From NCBI RefSeq assembly GCF_006345805.1, contig NC_043006.1:63116001-63180000 (forward strand): DNA of 64,000 nt. Reading direction: 5' to 3'. This stretch comes from Octopus sinensis (lineage: Eukaryota). Each line of letters opens with the position of its first letter. Position 1 is the first letter of the stretch. The notes beneath the pieces are model-generated. The model was not told the DNA's origin and searched no databases. It saw only the letters and a program-made list of their open reading frames with translations. Shown here piece by piece: positions 38,446 through 52,656 of this stretch. A program made the translations under genes and the position numbers.

Positions 38446-39075
38446 ATAAAGCTGAAGATCGGTGAAAAAGAGAACACCTATGCTGAACTATTGAGAAATC
38501 TGCAGTTACTCTATCCAGATTACAAGTTCAGGTTTATACCTGTAATTATTGGGGTCCTGGGATATATAGCACACTGCCTAAATACCAATTTTGAAAAGTT
38601 AGGCTTCTCAAAACCAGGAAGGGGAAAGCTAATTCGAAGACTACTGATCCAATCCATCACTGGAACCGTAAAAATCTATAAAACTTTCCAGTTTATCATT
38701 TAAATATATATGAGCATGTCTAAATATATAACTATATGCATGAGAATACATACATAAAACATACAAATCTGCACATACATACATACATACATACATATAT
38801 ACATACATACATACATACATACATACATACATACATACATGCATACATACATACATACATACATGCATACATACATACATACATACATACATACATACAT
38901 ACATACATACATACATACATAATACATACATACATACATACACACATACATATATACATACATTGAAAAATACTCTGTTGTTGATGTTGAAATTCCAATG
39001 AAGGAACATTGGATCTAGATAAGAAACCGGTTCTTTCTCTATGAGCAAGAAATCTTGAAATAAACTGAATAATGA
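38446..39075 (+). mobile_element. Dong/R4-clade 3' end (RLE C-terminus plus 3'UTR with expanded (CATA)n)
   Basis: EKENTYAELLRNLQLLYPDYKFRFIPVIIGVLGYI..LIQSITGTVKIYKTF; homologous to 52657-53160. Confidence 0.85.
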
Positions 39076-39825
39076 CATTCATACATACGTATGTTAGCAT
39101 TAAATCAATATCAGAACGTTCACATGAAACAACATTTCTTAATATAAGAATTTAATATCAAATCGTGTATGTGTTTCGAACTAAAAAAGAATTGTAGTTA
39201 GTCGCTTGACCCGTTAGAAATTGTAGCCATCAAGCGCCTATAACCAAGGAGGAATATACACGATAATTTAAATCAGAGTACACTATAGCTGAAAAATGTA
39301 TAGTAGTCATAGCTGTAAACAATCCACAGAACAATCTAATTCGCCTAAACAGCAGGAACTTATTTATTCTTATACTGTAGAATTCATACTCATGAATTAA
39401 GTAATAAGCAGAGCGATGGTAAACTTAACTTTTAAAGTCTTTCCTAGACTTGTCACACTCATGTTGACGTTGTCCTGAACATGTGCTAATCCATGTGTAG
39501 AACAAAAATATAAATAGTCTGGTGGAAATGCCTGAAAGACACTAAAATCTGCTGTTACACCAAGAAATCTTTAAGGTTTATCAATCAAAAGAGATACGCT
39601 TAAATATAGGAAAATCGAATCCGCAAGTTAGCCGTTGTTGTCTTTTCAAACATTTTCATTTCATTTTCGTTTTCACCATCTCCTGCTTTCATCGGCATAG
39701 TTTGGATCTAAATTGATTTCGTGCTGGGCAGAATTACTTTTCAACATTAAAGGAAGATAAAGCGTTCATTCGAGAACCCAATAAGTTTTATAGAACGTTT
39801 CGTTCAAATTAGACTTCGCGTACGC

Positions 39826-39828
<3 letters not shown>

Positions 39829-39897
<69 letters not shown>

Positions 39898-39990
39898 ATA
39901 CACGCGCACACGTGCACATGCACACACATACACAGGCACATATGCACACACACACACACACAACACAAACACTGATACACGCACACGCAT
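39829..39990. repeat. (CA)n microsatellite
   Basis: Direct reading. Confidence 0.97.
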
Positions 39991-40320
39991 GGCTGCATGG
40001 TTAAGCAGTTCACTTTGCAATGAAATGGTTTGAAGTTCCGTCCAACTGCGTGGGATCTCGGGCGTGTGTTTTCTACTATTGCTTCAGAGTGGCTAGTACC
40101 TTGTAAATGAATTTGTTTATACCTGTGTGAGCGTGTTTAGAGTTGTGTTTATCCCATCCAATCGCTTGATAACCGGTTTTGATTTTTTACGTTTCTGTAA
40201 CTTAACGATTCAACAAAAAGACCGATAAAGTACCACACTTTACGTTCTAGAGTCGATAACTTTGCTTAAAATAGTATGGCTACAGTCCAACGACTGGAAA
40301 ATGTAAAAGAATATAAGAAT
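39988..40320 (+). mobile_element. Old diverged family A-like SINE
   Basis: Collinear but degenerate: tggctgcatggttaag..ttctactattgc..cgcttgataaccgg..aaaaagaccgat..gtaaaagaat. Confidence 0.65.
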
Positions 40321-40899
40321 GTAGTGTAGTCTGCACATATATATGTTTGTAAGTTTGCGAATTTCAGTTTGGATGAATATTTCGCGTGAAGTCACTTAAT
40401 AGCAGATCAGTAGCTTACGTAACGTGATTTCAAGTCAGATCATGTAAAGATGATTATTAGGATCAGCTTGTTGCCTAAAGTGATTGATATTTCTTTAACT
40501 GAAAATGCTAGTTTGTAAAACTAATTAAATTCCGGTGAAAATGTGTAATGAGATCAAATCTACAGATTGAAACTGTTTCAGTTTGAGCAGAACAGGAATT
40601 AAATGTAAGCTATCGTTTTTACATGACTCTTTAAGCCTTAGTTCCGAGTACAGCTGACTATCAACAACTGCACTAAACATTTAGCTGTAGAAACAATCCA
40701 GGTTAACAAACACAAAACTATTTACAAATTGTAGCACGTTTAAGAAAGGTGTATATTGACTAGAAATAAAAGAAATGTATGTCTATATCTTTTATATTTT
40801 AATCGTTCCAATCAGTAGACTGAAGCCATGCAAAGGCACCGCCTTGACGAATATTCGATGGAATATGTGCTTGTTTGCTAGTGCCACATAAGTCGGCAC

Positions 40900-41560
40900 T
40901 TTAAGGGAGGACGGCCTGGCAATGTCAAATCATATGAACTTATGTGGGTGTGTGCGTTTCTTGAGAGTATCCAAAATAAGTAAGTAGACGCGATCGGCCA
41001 TCTCAGACCCGTTCGTAGCTCCCCATAGAAATGTCGAACAGTGAATCACCTTTCTTCAGCCAGAAGGAATCGCCGTGAAACAGGATTGCGTTCATGACGA
41101 TTCTGAAATCGAGCTTGCTTATACAAGTGAATTGCGTAATGAAATCCAAGATCCTCAGGAGAAGCGGTTTCGATATACAAAAAATTTGCAGGCCTGTTTA
41201 TTCTCGATACCGCGGAGCCAATCAATCACCGCTGCGCTGGAATCGCATTAAATCGACCCTGTGGCTCTTCTAATATTTGAGTTCATAGTATCATGAGTGC
41301 GTTTACTGACAATGATCATCTCGTTTTTGGAAGGGTTAATCAGCCTGCATTTGGAGTTGAAGAGGAAATAGGGTTTGTGATCCTTATCTATAACATCGGG
41401 AGGGTGTCGTGTGGCAAGGCGGTCCACACCAGACTTTATGTTTAGAATAATGGCTTGCCCATTTGCTTCTGTATTTATGTTATTGTGTGTAGAGTTACTA
41501 GTTTTCTTACATATCATGGTGATTGTGTTTAGTAGGAGTCTTGCGTATACCCAGATAAAT
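40900..41560 (-). mobile_element. Penelope-like RT fragment (KDHK..KCRLINP type)
   Basis: DKDHKPYFLFNSKCRLINPSKNEM..AVIDWLRGIENKQACKF..LFHGDSFWLKKGDSLFDISMGSY..GSEMAD..LILDTLKK across frameshifts. Confidence 0.75.
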
Positions 41561-42384
41561 CATCTTAACACTTGTTGCCCTACACTTAAGGTCAGTGTTC
41601 CTAACCACAGGTTGACCTTCCAATCTTATGCAGCCTCTTTACCACCAAATCTCAATTGAACTGCAAAATCTCCCCGTCTGCAGCGCTTTTGCAACCACAC
41701 TAGCATACATCTTTAATGCTAACACGCACAAATATAAAAAGCATGCATATATATATGTACACACGCGCGCTCATATCCCAAATAAAAACACACGCACGCA
41801 TGCATACATGTTCTTTCTGAGAGATGCGCACAAATTCATACGTATACAGGAAAGTAAATTCTCACGTTCACCAAGTATCCATATGGAAGCACGCCCACGC
41901 ATGCATCCTAAACATGTACGTGCACCCACACACACACAGCTGATACACAAGAAGCTGGTATATACAAGTGACACATACACCTACATATTGCTGCACACAA
42001 TACGCACCTGCACCCATACATACACATACCCTAACAAAGACACACATACGCACCAACGAGCTGATGGCATCATATCTCAGCCACACGCCAGCTTACATAC
42101 ATGCGTGCCCTCACACACACACATACAGCGCATCGTCTCACACACACGCTCGCATGGCAGATATGCACGCATAGGCATCAGATACAGCTACGCACTTGTA
42201 CATTTGGCGTACACACACAACAAGCACACTCACACCCACACACTCACCCGCAAGTGCTATCAAAAATCGGCCAGACCACCAGCTTTCTGTCTAGCCACGT
42301 GGTCCGAGAAATTCTCATTTGTTTAATGCATCTGATGTCGCTGAAATGTGGATCTCACTTCTAACAACACCATGTAACCAATGG

Positions 42385-43800
42385 CAGCCCGGTTTTTCGT
42401 AGCATGGTTAATACTAGGATTTTGTAACATTCTGTGTCCATCAGGACTACAGCACTTCCTTTGCCTGCTTCTTTGATTGTCAGTTATTTATCATTTTGCA
42501 GTTCAATTAGATTTTTCTATACTAAATTGTTGAGATTTTAATAAATTTTCCGCTTTGGAAATTTTGGATATGGTTGCAGAAGTCATGTGGTGCTTTGTTC
42601 CTACCCTTAAGTGGAAGATAATTGCTTCTGTTTTTAAACAGTGATTTATCCTCGTTGTTGTAGTCAGTTAGTGCTTCTGAGTCGTAGTTCTCTGCAGAAT
42701 TTCGAAATATTGTCATTAATTTTATTCTGGTTAGACTTTCGTAGGAGTGGGGGAAATTTTAAACCTGTAGCTAGTATACTGATTTTTGTTGCAGAGAATT
42801 TTTTTATGAATTTATTACTCTAGGTTTCTCTGTGTTAGTTAGTTAGTTAGTTAGTTAATTTGGCTCAAAAGCAAATAGCAAGGCCATGTAGGGGGACATG
42901 GAGTTAAGTACAGGGTGGTGTTCATGTAAAGAGTTCAGGCCACTTGAGGTCAAGGGAGGCTTTGAACAAAGCGGTCGTCGGCATCTTCACCATCTCGTCT
43001 GGCAGCTTGTTCTACGGATCCGCAACCCGGACAGAGAAAGCTCCTCTCCTTCGATTGAGATGAAATCGTCGCAGGTAGAGCTTTTCGGAATGACCCCGCA
43101 GCCGACGCTCTGGAGCAGGAGTGAAGAACAGCTCTTTCGAGAGGTTACACTTTCCGCTTATGATGTTGTGGGCGAGAATGAGATCACCACGGCGGCGGCG
43201 TTTTTCAAGAGAATAAAGGTCCAGCGTCCTCAGCCTTTCTTCATAGGACAAATTTTTGAGACCATGAGACCATGTGTGTTTTGTTCCAACGTGTGTCTCT
43301 GTTTCTCTCCAGTCGGTCCGAAAAATGTTTGCTATAATTTCGTTGGTAGAAATTGTTAGTGTTACTAATTATATTAAGATTACTGGGAGGCTGGTTTTAC
43401 TGTCTGGTTAAATTGGCTGGAGTTTTTCCGTTGATATAAATTGTTAGGGACTTGAATTATATTTGAGATGTTGTGGGTTGGTTTTACTGTCTGAGTAAAT
43501 AGGTTGAAATTCCCTAGGTCGAGTTTCTTCGTTGAGGGATAGAAGTAGTTCCTTGGATGCTTCTAGTTGCTGGAGAGAAATAATTACTTTTAATTCTAGG
43601 TTGGTTTCTTCTAGCATTTCTTATTTGTGAATTACACTGTTCCTAGTTTGAGAACGCTTTACTTCCATGTTAGTTTTGTGTGTTTGTCTTTTAGAAGTTT
43701 ACAGTTTGATCTAGTTAGATGTTTATTCATTTCCGTATATGTATTTGTACTAGACTTTTTTCAGGAATGGGTTATCTGAATTGTATTCTCTTTTAAACTG
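42385..43800 (-). mobile_element. Penelope-like element N-terminal region, interrupted by a CR1
   Basis: ISILATGLKFPP..KFCRELRLR and IKEAGKGSAVVLMDTECY (GLKF.P / KPADKG.AVV.MD pattern) at 42385-42833; AT-rich upstream part 43325-43800 less certain. Confidence 0.7.
42834..43320 (-). mobile_element. 5'-truncated CR1 LINE with (TAAC)n tail
   Basis: LSYEERLRTLDLYSLEKRRRRGDLILAHNII..LRGHSEKL..RRGAFSVRV..NKLP..FKASLD; W-to-stop after RVADP. Confidence 0.93.
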
Positions 43801-43846
43801 AGTTTTGTAATATATGTGTGTGTATCTATCTATCTATATCTCTCTC

Positions 43847-43935
<89 letters not shown>

Positions 43936-44861
43936 CAACAAGAATCTTCCAAATAGGAAAGCCTTGTGCAAGAAAGAGCAGTAGAAAACTCAAACCACCA
44001 ATTAAAGATAAATTATCGAAAGCAATGAAAATTAAAAACGTTTACCATCTCAATTATTTCCCAGACCATGGTTTCTAACTATTCCCAGCAAAAGAATATT
44101 TGCTGAAGGCCAGTCTTCATCACTAACTGCCTGTATATCCTAACTTTTCAGACCATATATATATACGTGCGAGTGCGTGTGTGAGTGTACATATTGTATA
44201 TATGTATATATGTATATACATTTATATACATATAACAGTAGGCGTGAAACTGCAGTCGTGAGCCTCAGAGTAGACTTTTAAAGCTCACGCTCGCAACAGT
44301 GCGATGAAACATAGAGAAGCTAATCACTACTATACGGTACATTACCTGGCTGATGTTCCAATAAATTGGCTAAGAATACACGCGAGTGATGGAGTTGGTA
44401 GAAGCAAGTAGTGCAGACATTCTGTCCTGAATATAAACAATGTTGTAATCGATTTCAAATTCCCTGCAGAATTCAGTCCATTTCACTTAGGCAGCTATTA
44501 GCATGTTGCCATTTAGGAAACGACTGTTTCATCTCACATTCCCATTTCTAATATTTGTAATATAACAATATATTAAGTCATAACCATTTGCTTCGGGTAG
44601 AGTTCCTTATGCTCCACTTATGCTATCCAGCTTTATTATTTACTACCTTAAGTTCACACCTTACTATAAATCAGCTATGCTAGTGATACTGAAAAACTCA
44701 TAACGGTGACACATATTCTTGTCTCATAACTTATTAAATGATGATGATGATGACGACGTCAAATACAAAATGGTAGCTGGCGGCGGTAGTGGATGGTGCT
44801 GATGGTGATGATAGGGTGATGTTGGGGGAGATGGTGGTCGCCGTCATCGTTATCGTCGTCG

Positions 44862-45134
44862 AGATGATGATGATGTTGATGATGATGATGATGATGATGA
44901 TGTTGACGTTGATGATGATGATGTTGACGTTGATGATGATGATGCTGATGATGATGATGATGATGATGTTGATGATGATGATGATGATGTTGACGTTGAT
45001 GATGATGATGCTGATGATGATGTTGACGTTGATGATGATGATGTTGACGTTGATAATGATGATGATGATGTTGACGTTGATGATGATGATGATGATGATG
45101 ATGATGTTGACGTTGATGATGATGATGTTGACGT

Positions 45135-45172
<38 letters not shown>

Positions 45173-45281
45173 TTGATGATGATGATGATGTTGACGTTGA
45201 TGATGATGATGATGCTGATGATGATGTTGACGTTGATGATGATGATGTTGACGTTGATAATGATGATGATGATGTTGACGT

Positions 45282-45328
<47 letters not shown>

Positions 45329-45343
45329 ATGATGATGATGATT

Positions 45344-45383
<40 letters not shown>

Positions 45384-45418
45384 CGAGGAGGAGGAGGAGG
45401 AGAGGGAGGAGGAGGGCA
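44862..45418. repeat. (GAT)n satellite with periodic gttgacgtt interruptions, ending in (GAG)n
   Basis: Direct reading; explains poly-M and poly-I ORFs. Confidence 0.97.
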
Positions 45419-48400
45419 TGATTACGACAACAGAATGTTATGATACATGTTAAATGAATGGCTTCTGAAGAAGTCATTTTGAAAGGCAAGTAAAACAAAT
45501 TCTGCTACATTGTTTTTATTGGTCAAATCTACTTAGTGCTTATTGAATCAAATATAATCAGTCAGTCTTCCACTTGAATGCCATAACCTAAAAGTGAGCG
45601 TTCCATTAGGTTTAAATACCTCAGTTGGTATTTAATTCCATGAATAAAAACAATCCTCATAGTCTAAGAAGAGCTTTATGCAATATCACTGAGCTTGTAT
45701 GAGTTTAATACAGTTAATATTTTTGCAGAGACAATAAAGATCTCCTGACTTCATTGCATTTCTCTATGTGTTTTTTTCCTGTTTCCTATTACCGTTTAAC
45801 ATTTTATTCTTATTACGTTCAAATTTTGTCAAAGGGGGTCGATGAATAAGATCCACAACCGATTTAAATAGTGTAGCATTATGACAAGCTAGAAGCGAAA
45901 GTAAGCGAGCTCAGATCTTGCTAGAGTCGGCCTTACTTTCTTCCTTTCGAAATAATAGCGTAAGCGTGTGTATTTATGGAGGTTTAGAATCACTTGAATG
46001 TTCTCTTTATGAATTTACCTTGGGATCCTGTTATGTCGCACGTTCGGATGACCTCTACTCAACTCACTCCTCGACGTCTAGACTTCTCCCTCTATATCTA
46101 CGTATTGGGCTAGCCTACTTTATCGTCTGGGGGCGTCCACACAACATATCCATAGCAAAAAAAATTTAAACAATTTAGAAACAAAAATTAGATAATAATT
46201 CTATAGAGTGCACGCAGAAAATCAAGACTCCAAACAATAGCGTAACTATTCTTCTTTATATGTTCTGGTGGATGCGAACATAAATATCTGAACAATATCT
46301 GTTGCTGTTCGCCACCTGAGAAAGAATCCTTTCTTTAGACGATGTGTGTTCATAGCACACGTGATATACTGATTTAGAGGACTTCGAGACACCGCAGTGT
46401 ATCTCAGTAGAGGCCACCCCACGGCCGAACTGATGAGTCTCACAAGCATATTTCTCTGCTGGTAATACAGCCATTGTATGTTACTGCAACAAAAAGTCAC
46501 GGGAATTGTGTTCGTCGCCATGTTTTAAATCTTGATAATAGTGATTCCAGTCAGTTTACGTTTAAGTAAGGGCTAATATGTCACACAATCTTATTCATTC
46601 ATCTTCATAAATTTAAAATCTTTCCCAGGAAAAGAAAAAATGCTGTCATGATTTTGTGCAGACCTTGATCTTAAAACTAAAGCTACATCACAGACTACAA
46701 AGTTCAGAAGTAGCATTCAGATACATGTATGTCAAACCTTAACTTAATGTTTCATTATTCATGGCTTGTTATATATAGACTACCAGATTTCTGAATTCAA
46801 ATTTTTTTAAATAAATTTGTGTATTTAAAGCTATATAATACAAGTGCTATTAAAACTCAGAAACTGTAATAGCACATGAAACACGTTCATAACTCCTGTG
46901 CTTCCGCATATAAAAAAGATTGCCACGTATGTGTATAAAATAAAGTTTTAAAGTGACTTTTAAATAAAAATAGAAAATAAAATAAGTTAATTAAGCTCAT
47001 TTAGAAAATTAGTTAAATCTTTCCAATCCATCAAACAATTTGAATAATATATTTTGCTACATATTTTTTACTAAATTTCTTTTTGAAATCTCTCGCTTTT
47101 TTTTTTTTTTTCAATTACACATACTTAAACATGAGAGAAAACCGTAAGTTCTTAGCGTTTACACCTTTTATCTCAACATCTCAGAGTCACTTTAATCATG
47201 TTGTTAATTGCTTTCTCTTTAAAATGTATTTACTCCATCAAACCAGTTTGTTCTTGATTGACAGGTGTGTAATAAAACATGTTCAAATTACTGAACACTG
47301 AATTTCACTGCGTTAGAGAAACATTTTTGGTGAAAAATTGCCGAGCTTTCTACTATTTACAGATAAATTACGTCTTTAAATAACTACTGTTCACATACTA
47401 TCAAATTATCTCTCGTTACATTTTATACAGCAATATATATATATCACATCTGGTTTTGAAGAAGTAAATGTTTATTGACGAATAAATCGAAAATATATAT
47501 TGCTAATTGGTGTCGAAATAAGGGAATGAAAGAAAAAATAAATTTCTTTAATATATTAGAATACTTTTATGTGGCGCCCTCTAGCATAGAGTTGTAGGGA
47601 GAAAGTAAAGTGGTTGTTTGTAACGATATGGAGCACTCTCAATGAAAATCTGCATAACTTTCTCGAAACTATTTTCTCTTTGATTTTATTTGTTCTGGTT
47701 CACTATCATTATATTGGCCTGTATTTCATATGGCTTTTATGTGCCATGAGAAGCAACTGATGTGAACATTTACCATTGGCTATATTTGTATGGATATCAC
47801 ACTACTCGTTCTACAATGACTCAGTAAACAGATTTCCTACGACGCTATTTCTGTTTATGTTTCATTAACCGAATATCTTTTCATAAGAGATCAATCAAAT
47901 GTATTCTGAAACTTGATAGAACAACATAAAATCTATGTTGTCTAACCAGAATAGTCTAACGAATGACTTCCTTGTTCTTTCTGCACAATATCTGGCGATG
48001 TACCACACCTTTGAATACCATGCTTAACCTGTTCAAATTTTTGATCATATCAATATAGCCTCTTTTTGTATCTTGGTGAGAATTCTCTTTTGTTTTAGAT
48101 TACCTCTTTTAGCAAGCTACGGAAGTAACTTCTTAATTTTCTCATGAAAACATATGAACTGTAATAGATGACAAAATGCATTCATAACTCTTGTTCACGG
48201 AAGTCTTAAATTTTGGTTTAAATAAAATTAGAAGTGAGACTCGTTCTAAAATGAGGAATGAGATATTTAGTTAGAAACGCTTCGGTTCATAGCATCTGCC
48301 TTCACATGACTACAAATTAAACGCATCACATCTTGATTGATGCGATTAAAATTTGCATCAATGAACGGGTTTGGGGTAATTAAAGATGTAATACTGTAAA

Positions 48401-49580
48401 TATTATGTACCTACAGAAATTCTTTGGCCAAAATCGAAATTTTTTTCTTAGTATTATCTTAATTTTTCTTTCTGAAAAATACTTTGAAATGTATATATAA
48501 GGCTTTAATATTAACAACGAGTGTCTGTGTACGACTATTACGATGGTGAAGTTTTCGGTGGGTTTGGACAGTTAGAACTACATCACTTAATGAATCGTTA
48601 TTTGTGACTGTATGTGGTTGTATCAAAACTACGATTCCTAGCAAGTCTAGCGATCACCTATAAGATTCTCTCATTGGTTTGTGTTAATAGATGGTTTCAT
48701 TCGATGAGGGGTCAGTTAGCGATGATGGTGTTATTGATCATAAAGCTGAATTTGTTATATTCCTTTACTGGGTGCTTTACATATTCCCCAACAACTGTAT
48801 ATTTCACTTCAATGAAACAGAAAATGAAGTTGATTCGACACTGGTTTTTCACTCCAGCCATTATGGCGTCAGTAAGTTGTAGAAAACACAATTACTTTGA
48901 AATTACTTTGAAACATAATGGTTCTGTATTAGGTATGAGCGCCAAAAATTGACGACTGAAATATTGACCGTGAATGAATATAATGAGACACTGATGTTTC
49001 AAATATGCCATAATTGTTTTCTTGAAAAACAAAACAAAGAAAACGAAAGCCAGCTTTAAGATAACTTTTGTCATCAATAACTGTAATAGAAGAATCAGCG
49101 GGTGGGTATTAAGAAATAATCTTTTGAGTTCTTTCGAATCACAGCATAAATCTGTTTCGGCTGAAAGAGTGTATTTATCTCTTCTAGAATAATATGCATA
49201 AATATACGTAAATTTTACAAATATACATGTTCTTCTTTTGTTCTATGGTTTGGGTGTCAAAAACAAAGCTTAGTTACACGATTAAATTCTGTCAACATAC
49301 GAAATGAAATTCGAATAAAGTATTAAGTTATCAGCATAGTGCAGTAGAAGTACTGTACAATGGTCAGCATAGTACAGTAGTGATCAACATAGTATAGTAG
49401 AAGTAAATAAAATATGAACTGAATTTCTGAATGTACGGTTGTATTTGAGAAAACTACTTTTGTAAAGGCATATTTTCAATAAAGAGAAATGCAAGTCCCG
49501 GTTTTAATTTTTTGCTAGACCACGAAGTTATTTAATATCAAAAATCTAGTTTACTTAGTTCCAACTCTTTAAAATTCACC

Positions 49581-50834
49581 TGTATTTGTTTGATCTAGCT
49601 GAAATTTTGCATGTGCAATCATTCATATCTCTATAGATTAAGTGGCAAAGTACAGCTCTGAATTCATTGTGGTTTCTGATTTACAGGTGTTTGAACCGAG
49701 TCAAGTGTGAAATGGAGCCTGTTGAGTGTCGAGCAGTGATCCGGTTTTTGTATTTGAAAGGACGCACACCACGGGAGACTTTTGATGAAATGAAAGTAAC
49801 TTATGGTGATGATGCCCCATTATATGACCTTGTAAAACGCTGGCATCGTGAATTCAAGCATGGTCGGAACTCTGTGGAAACAGCTCCCATATCTGGCCGC
49901 CCCCTTCTGACGTTGATGAGGCATCTGTCCGTCAAGTTGAGGCTGCCATTTTGGAAGCTCGACGCATAATTATTCGCCAAATAGCCCATGAGGTCAAGAT
50001 TAGTACCGGGTCTGTGGAAACTATCATTCATGACCATCTGCATATGCAAAAGGTGTCTGCCAGATGGATTCCCAGGTTGCTCACGCCTTTCCAGAAGCAA
50101 GAACGCGTCGAGTGCTCGAGGGTGAATTTGGAGATGTGCCATGAAGATGAGTCAAAATTTTTCAAAAGACTGATTACACAGGATGAAACCTGGGTCCATC
50201 ACGATGATCCAGAGACCTAATCCCAGTCAATGCAGTGGAAGCACCGTGACTCAACCCTCCAAAGAAGGCAAAGGTGCAGCCCTCCGCTGGCAAGGTCATG
50301 CTCACAGTCTTCTGGGACCAGGACGGAGTAGTGATGACAGATTTCCTGGCAAAGGGTACCACAATTGCAGGAGCCTATTATGCTTCACTTTTGGGGAAAT
50401 TAAGAGAAGTTATCAAAATCAAGAGGCGGGGCAAGATCAGCAAAGGCATCCTCCTCCTGCAGGACAACGCTCCGGTCCACAACTCGCTTGTCGCCAGATC
50501 AGAAGCACAGGCGTATGGCTATGAACTCCTCCCCATCCCCCCTACTTTCCTGACCTTGCACCCTCTGATTTTCACCTCTTCCCAATCATGAAGTTGTTTT
50601 TGAAAGGAAAGCGTTTCCCAGATGATGCAGCCTTGATTTCTGAAGCCACGTTGAGGTTGGAGGACCAAGCTGGGTTCTTCTACAAAAACGGTCTCCAGAG
50701 CCGCATCAAACGATGGGAGAAATGCGTAACTCTGGGTGGTTCCTATGTAGAAAAAGACTAATAACTGTGCCAAGTTTCGTTGCTCTGCTGCTATGGGAAG
50801 TGGGTCAGGGGCATTACTTATTGAACGCCCCTCG
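49581..50834 (+). mobile_element. Dead mariner (irritans-like), 5' TIR missing
   Basis: MEPVECRAVIRFL.., WIPRLLT, TQDETWVHH, QDNAPVH, DLAPSDFHLFP; 3' TIR aagtgggtcaggggcattacttattgaacgcccctcg plus TA (50835-6); at least 3 frameshifts and a stop. Confidence 0.95.
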
Positions 50835-51695
50835 TAACTGTATCAATTCCTATGCCTAATGGAGAAGGAGCACCAAAAGTAACATAAATGACTTTTGCAT
50901 AATTTGAATCAACAATACAATGGCCTAAGTAAAATATGGGTCTTTCTGAATAGAGACCGGCAACGGATGCAAAAAGAAAGTCTCTCTTCGTTGCCGCATA
51001 ACCGTCTAGAAATAGCAGCCACATTTATTTTCAAAATACGTCTTGAAAAAATACTAGATTAGCAAAAATACGTGATTAGCAAAATCAGTAGAATATCGGA
51101 CAAACTACCTAGTGGTATTGATTATATACTTCCGTTGAATTTACCTTTTATCTCTCCGAAGCTGGTATATAAAAATTATTCGATCCATATTGGGGTCAAT
51201 AAAATAAGTGCCAGTCTATTAGTATTGCACCTTTGAAGGCAGCGCCCCAGCTCAACATCGGCACCAGTAAATGGTAAAAGAACCGGACTGATATGTTCTT
51301 GATATACTTCGTCTGAAAGAAAGGACGGGACTGGTCACTAATGAGACACTTTTGATCATAGATATCCTCTTTTATGGCTGGCTTAGATCGTAAGTTTCTA
51401 ATAATGGTGAAATCTGCAGTAAATGATTTCGTGTAAAATTTGACTGATTTACAAAGTTTTGCGAGCTAGATTTCAGTTCTTATCTTCTCTAATTCTGAAC
51501 TACAGAGAATCTAGTAGAAATAAACATCCCAAAATGCCCGATAAGAAATTATAAATTGTTTATTTTTGGAATATACGTTAACTCAGTGCGCACGTTTCTA
51601 CAGTACTTAGAATAAATATATATACGGCCTAACTAGACACTAAATATACACTCACAGACGCACATATTATATGTATGTAGCAATGAATGCCTGCA

Positions 51696-51744
<49 letters not shown>

Positions 51745-52592
51745 CATAAAATATATGTGTATACATATGTGTGTGTGCGCGCGCGCGTATAAGTGAATGA
51801 GGGAATGCATATGAATATGTGTGAATATACCCTCTGTGATTGTCGTTCATATAACATTAGTTATCACACACGATCCGATCTGTAATTCTCAAACGTAATA
51901 TACATAACTAACCTTTCAAAATGAACTCTGCTTCGTTTAGTGTCATCACAAAATCAGTAAATTACAAAATCTAACAAACAAAATATATTTAAACGTTGAT
52001 ACATTTAATTCAGAGATTTTTCCAAGTAACTTACTATTTGTTATATCAGTTTACATAAGAAATTTAATCATTTCAGACTCTTAAGTCGTTTTTATAAGTG
52101 TGTTTTCCTTTTGAATCATAAAGTTTACGAGACATGAGTGTTATGGATTTACTGCTATATATTTTATTTTCAAATTGTTACTTTTAGCTAATTTTCATGA
52201 AACTACAATCTCCTAGATTTTCAAATATTTTCATACATATACATATGTAAATGTATCCACATGTGCATGTGTTTATATGTGTGCTTGTTTATAAATATAT
52301 ACATGCATATACATGTGTGTAAATACATACATATATAAAATCGAAAGAAGCAATAGGATATCATCTGGATATCCTGTTACTTATTTTGATTTTATTCACC
52401 TTATTTTGAGTTGTACGGATAATACCGCATTAATTTTTGGTGCCTCAAGTGAAGTACCTAATTCATCTGAATCTCAGATATATTGATACATAATGAGTGA
52501 GAGAGAGAATATAAGGAAAGTCAAGAGATATGAGATGAATATATATATATATATATATATATAAATATATGTGTGAGTGTATGTGTGTGTAC

Positions 52593-52638
<46 letters not shown>

Positions 52639-52656
52639 ATACATGTATCTATATCC

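Noticed and set aside
44734-45498. Poly-Met and poly-Ile ORFs
   Set aside because: Frames of a (GAT)n repeat
46246-46521. GC-richer segment with two short ORFs, an EGF-like CSGGCEH string and a CTGATGA
   Set aside because: No recognisable domain, stops in the EGF-like frame, and no GAAA or helix partner for the CTGATGA
48691-48875. Possible exon (AG..GTAAGT-bounded open segment)
   Set aside because: The phase-compatible frame does not encode the expected GTSGIDIDL continuation; no homology recognised
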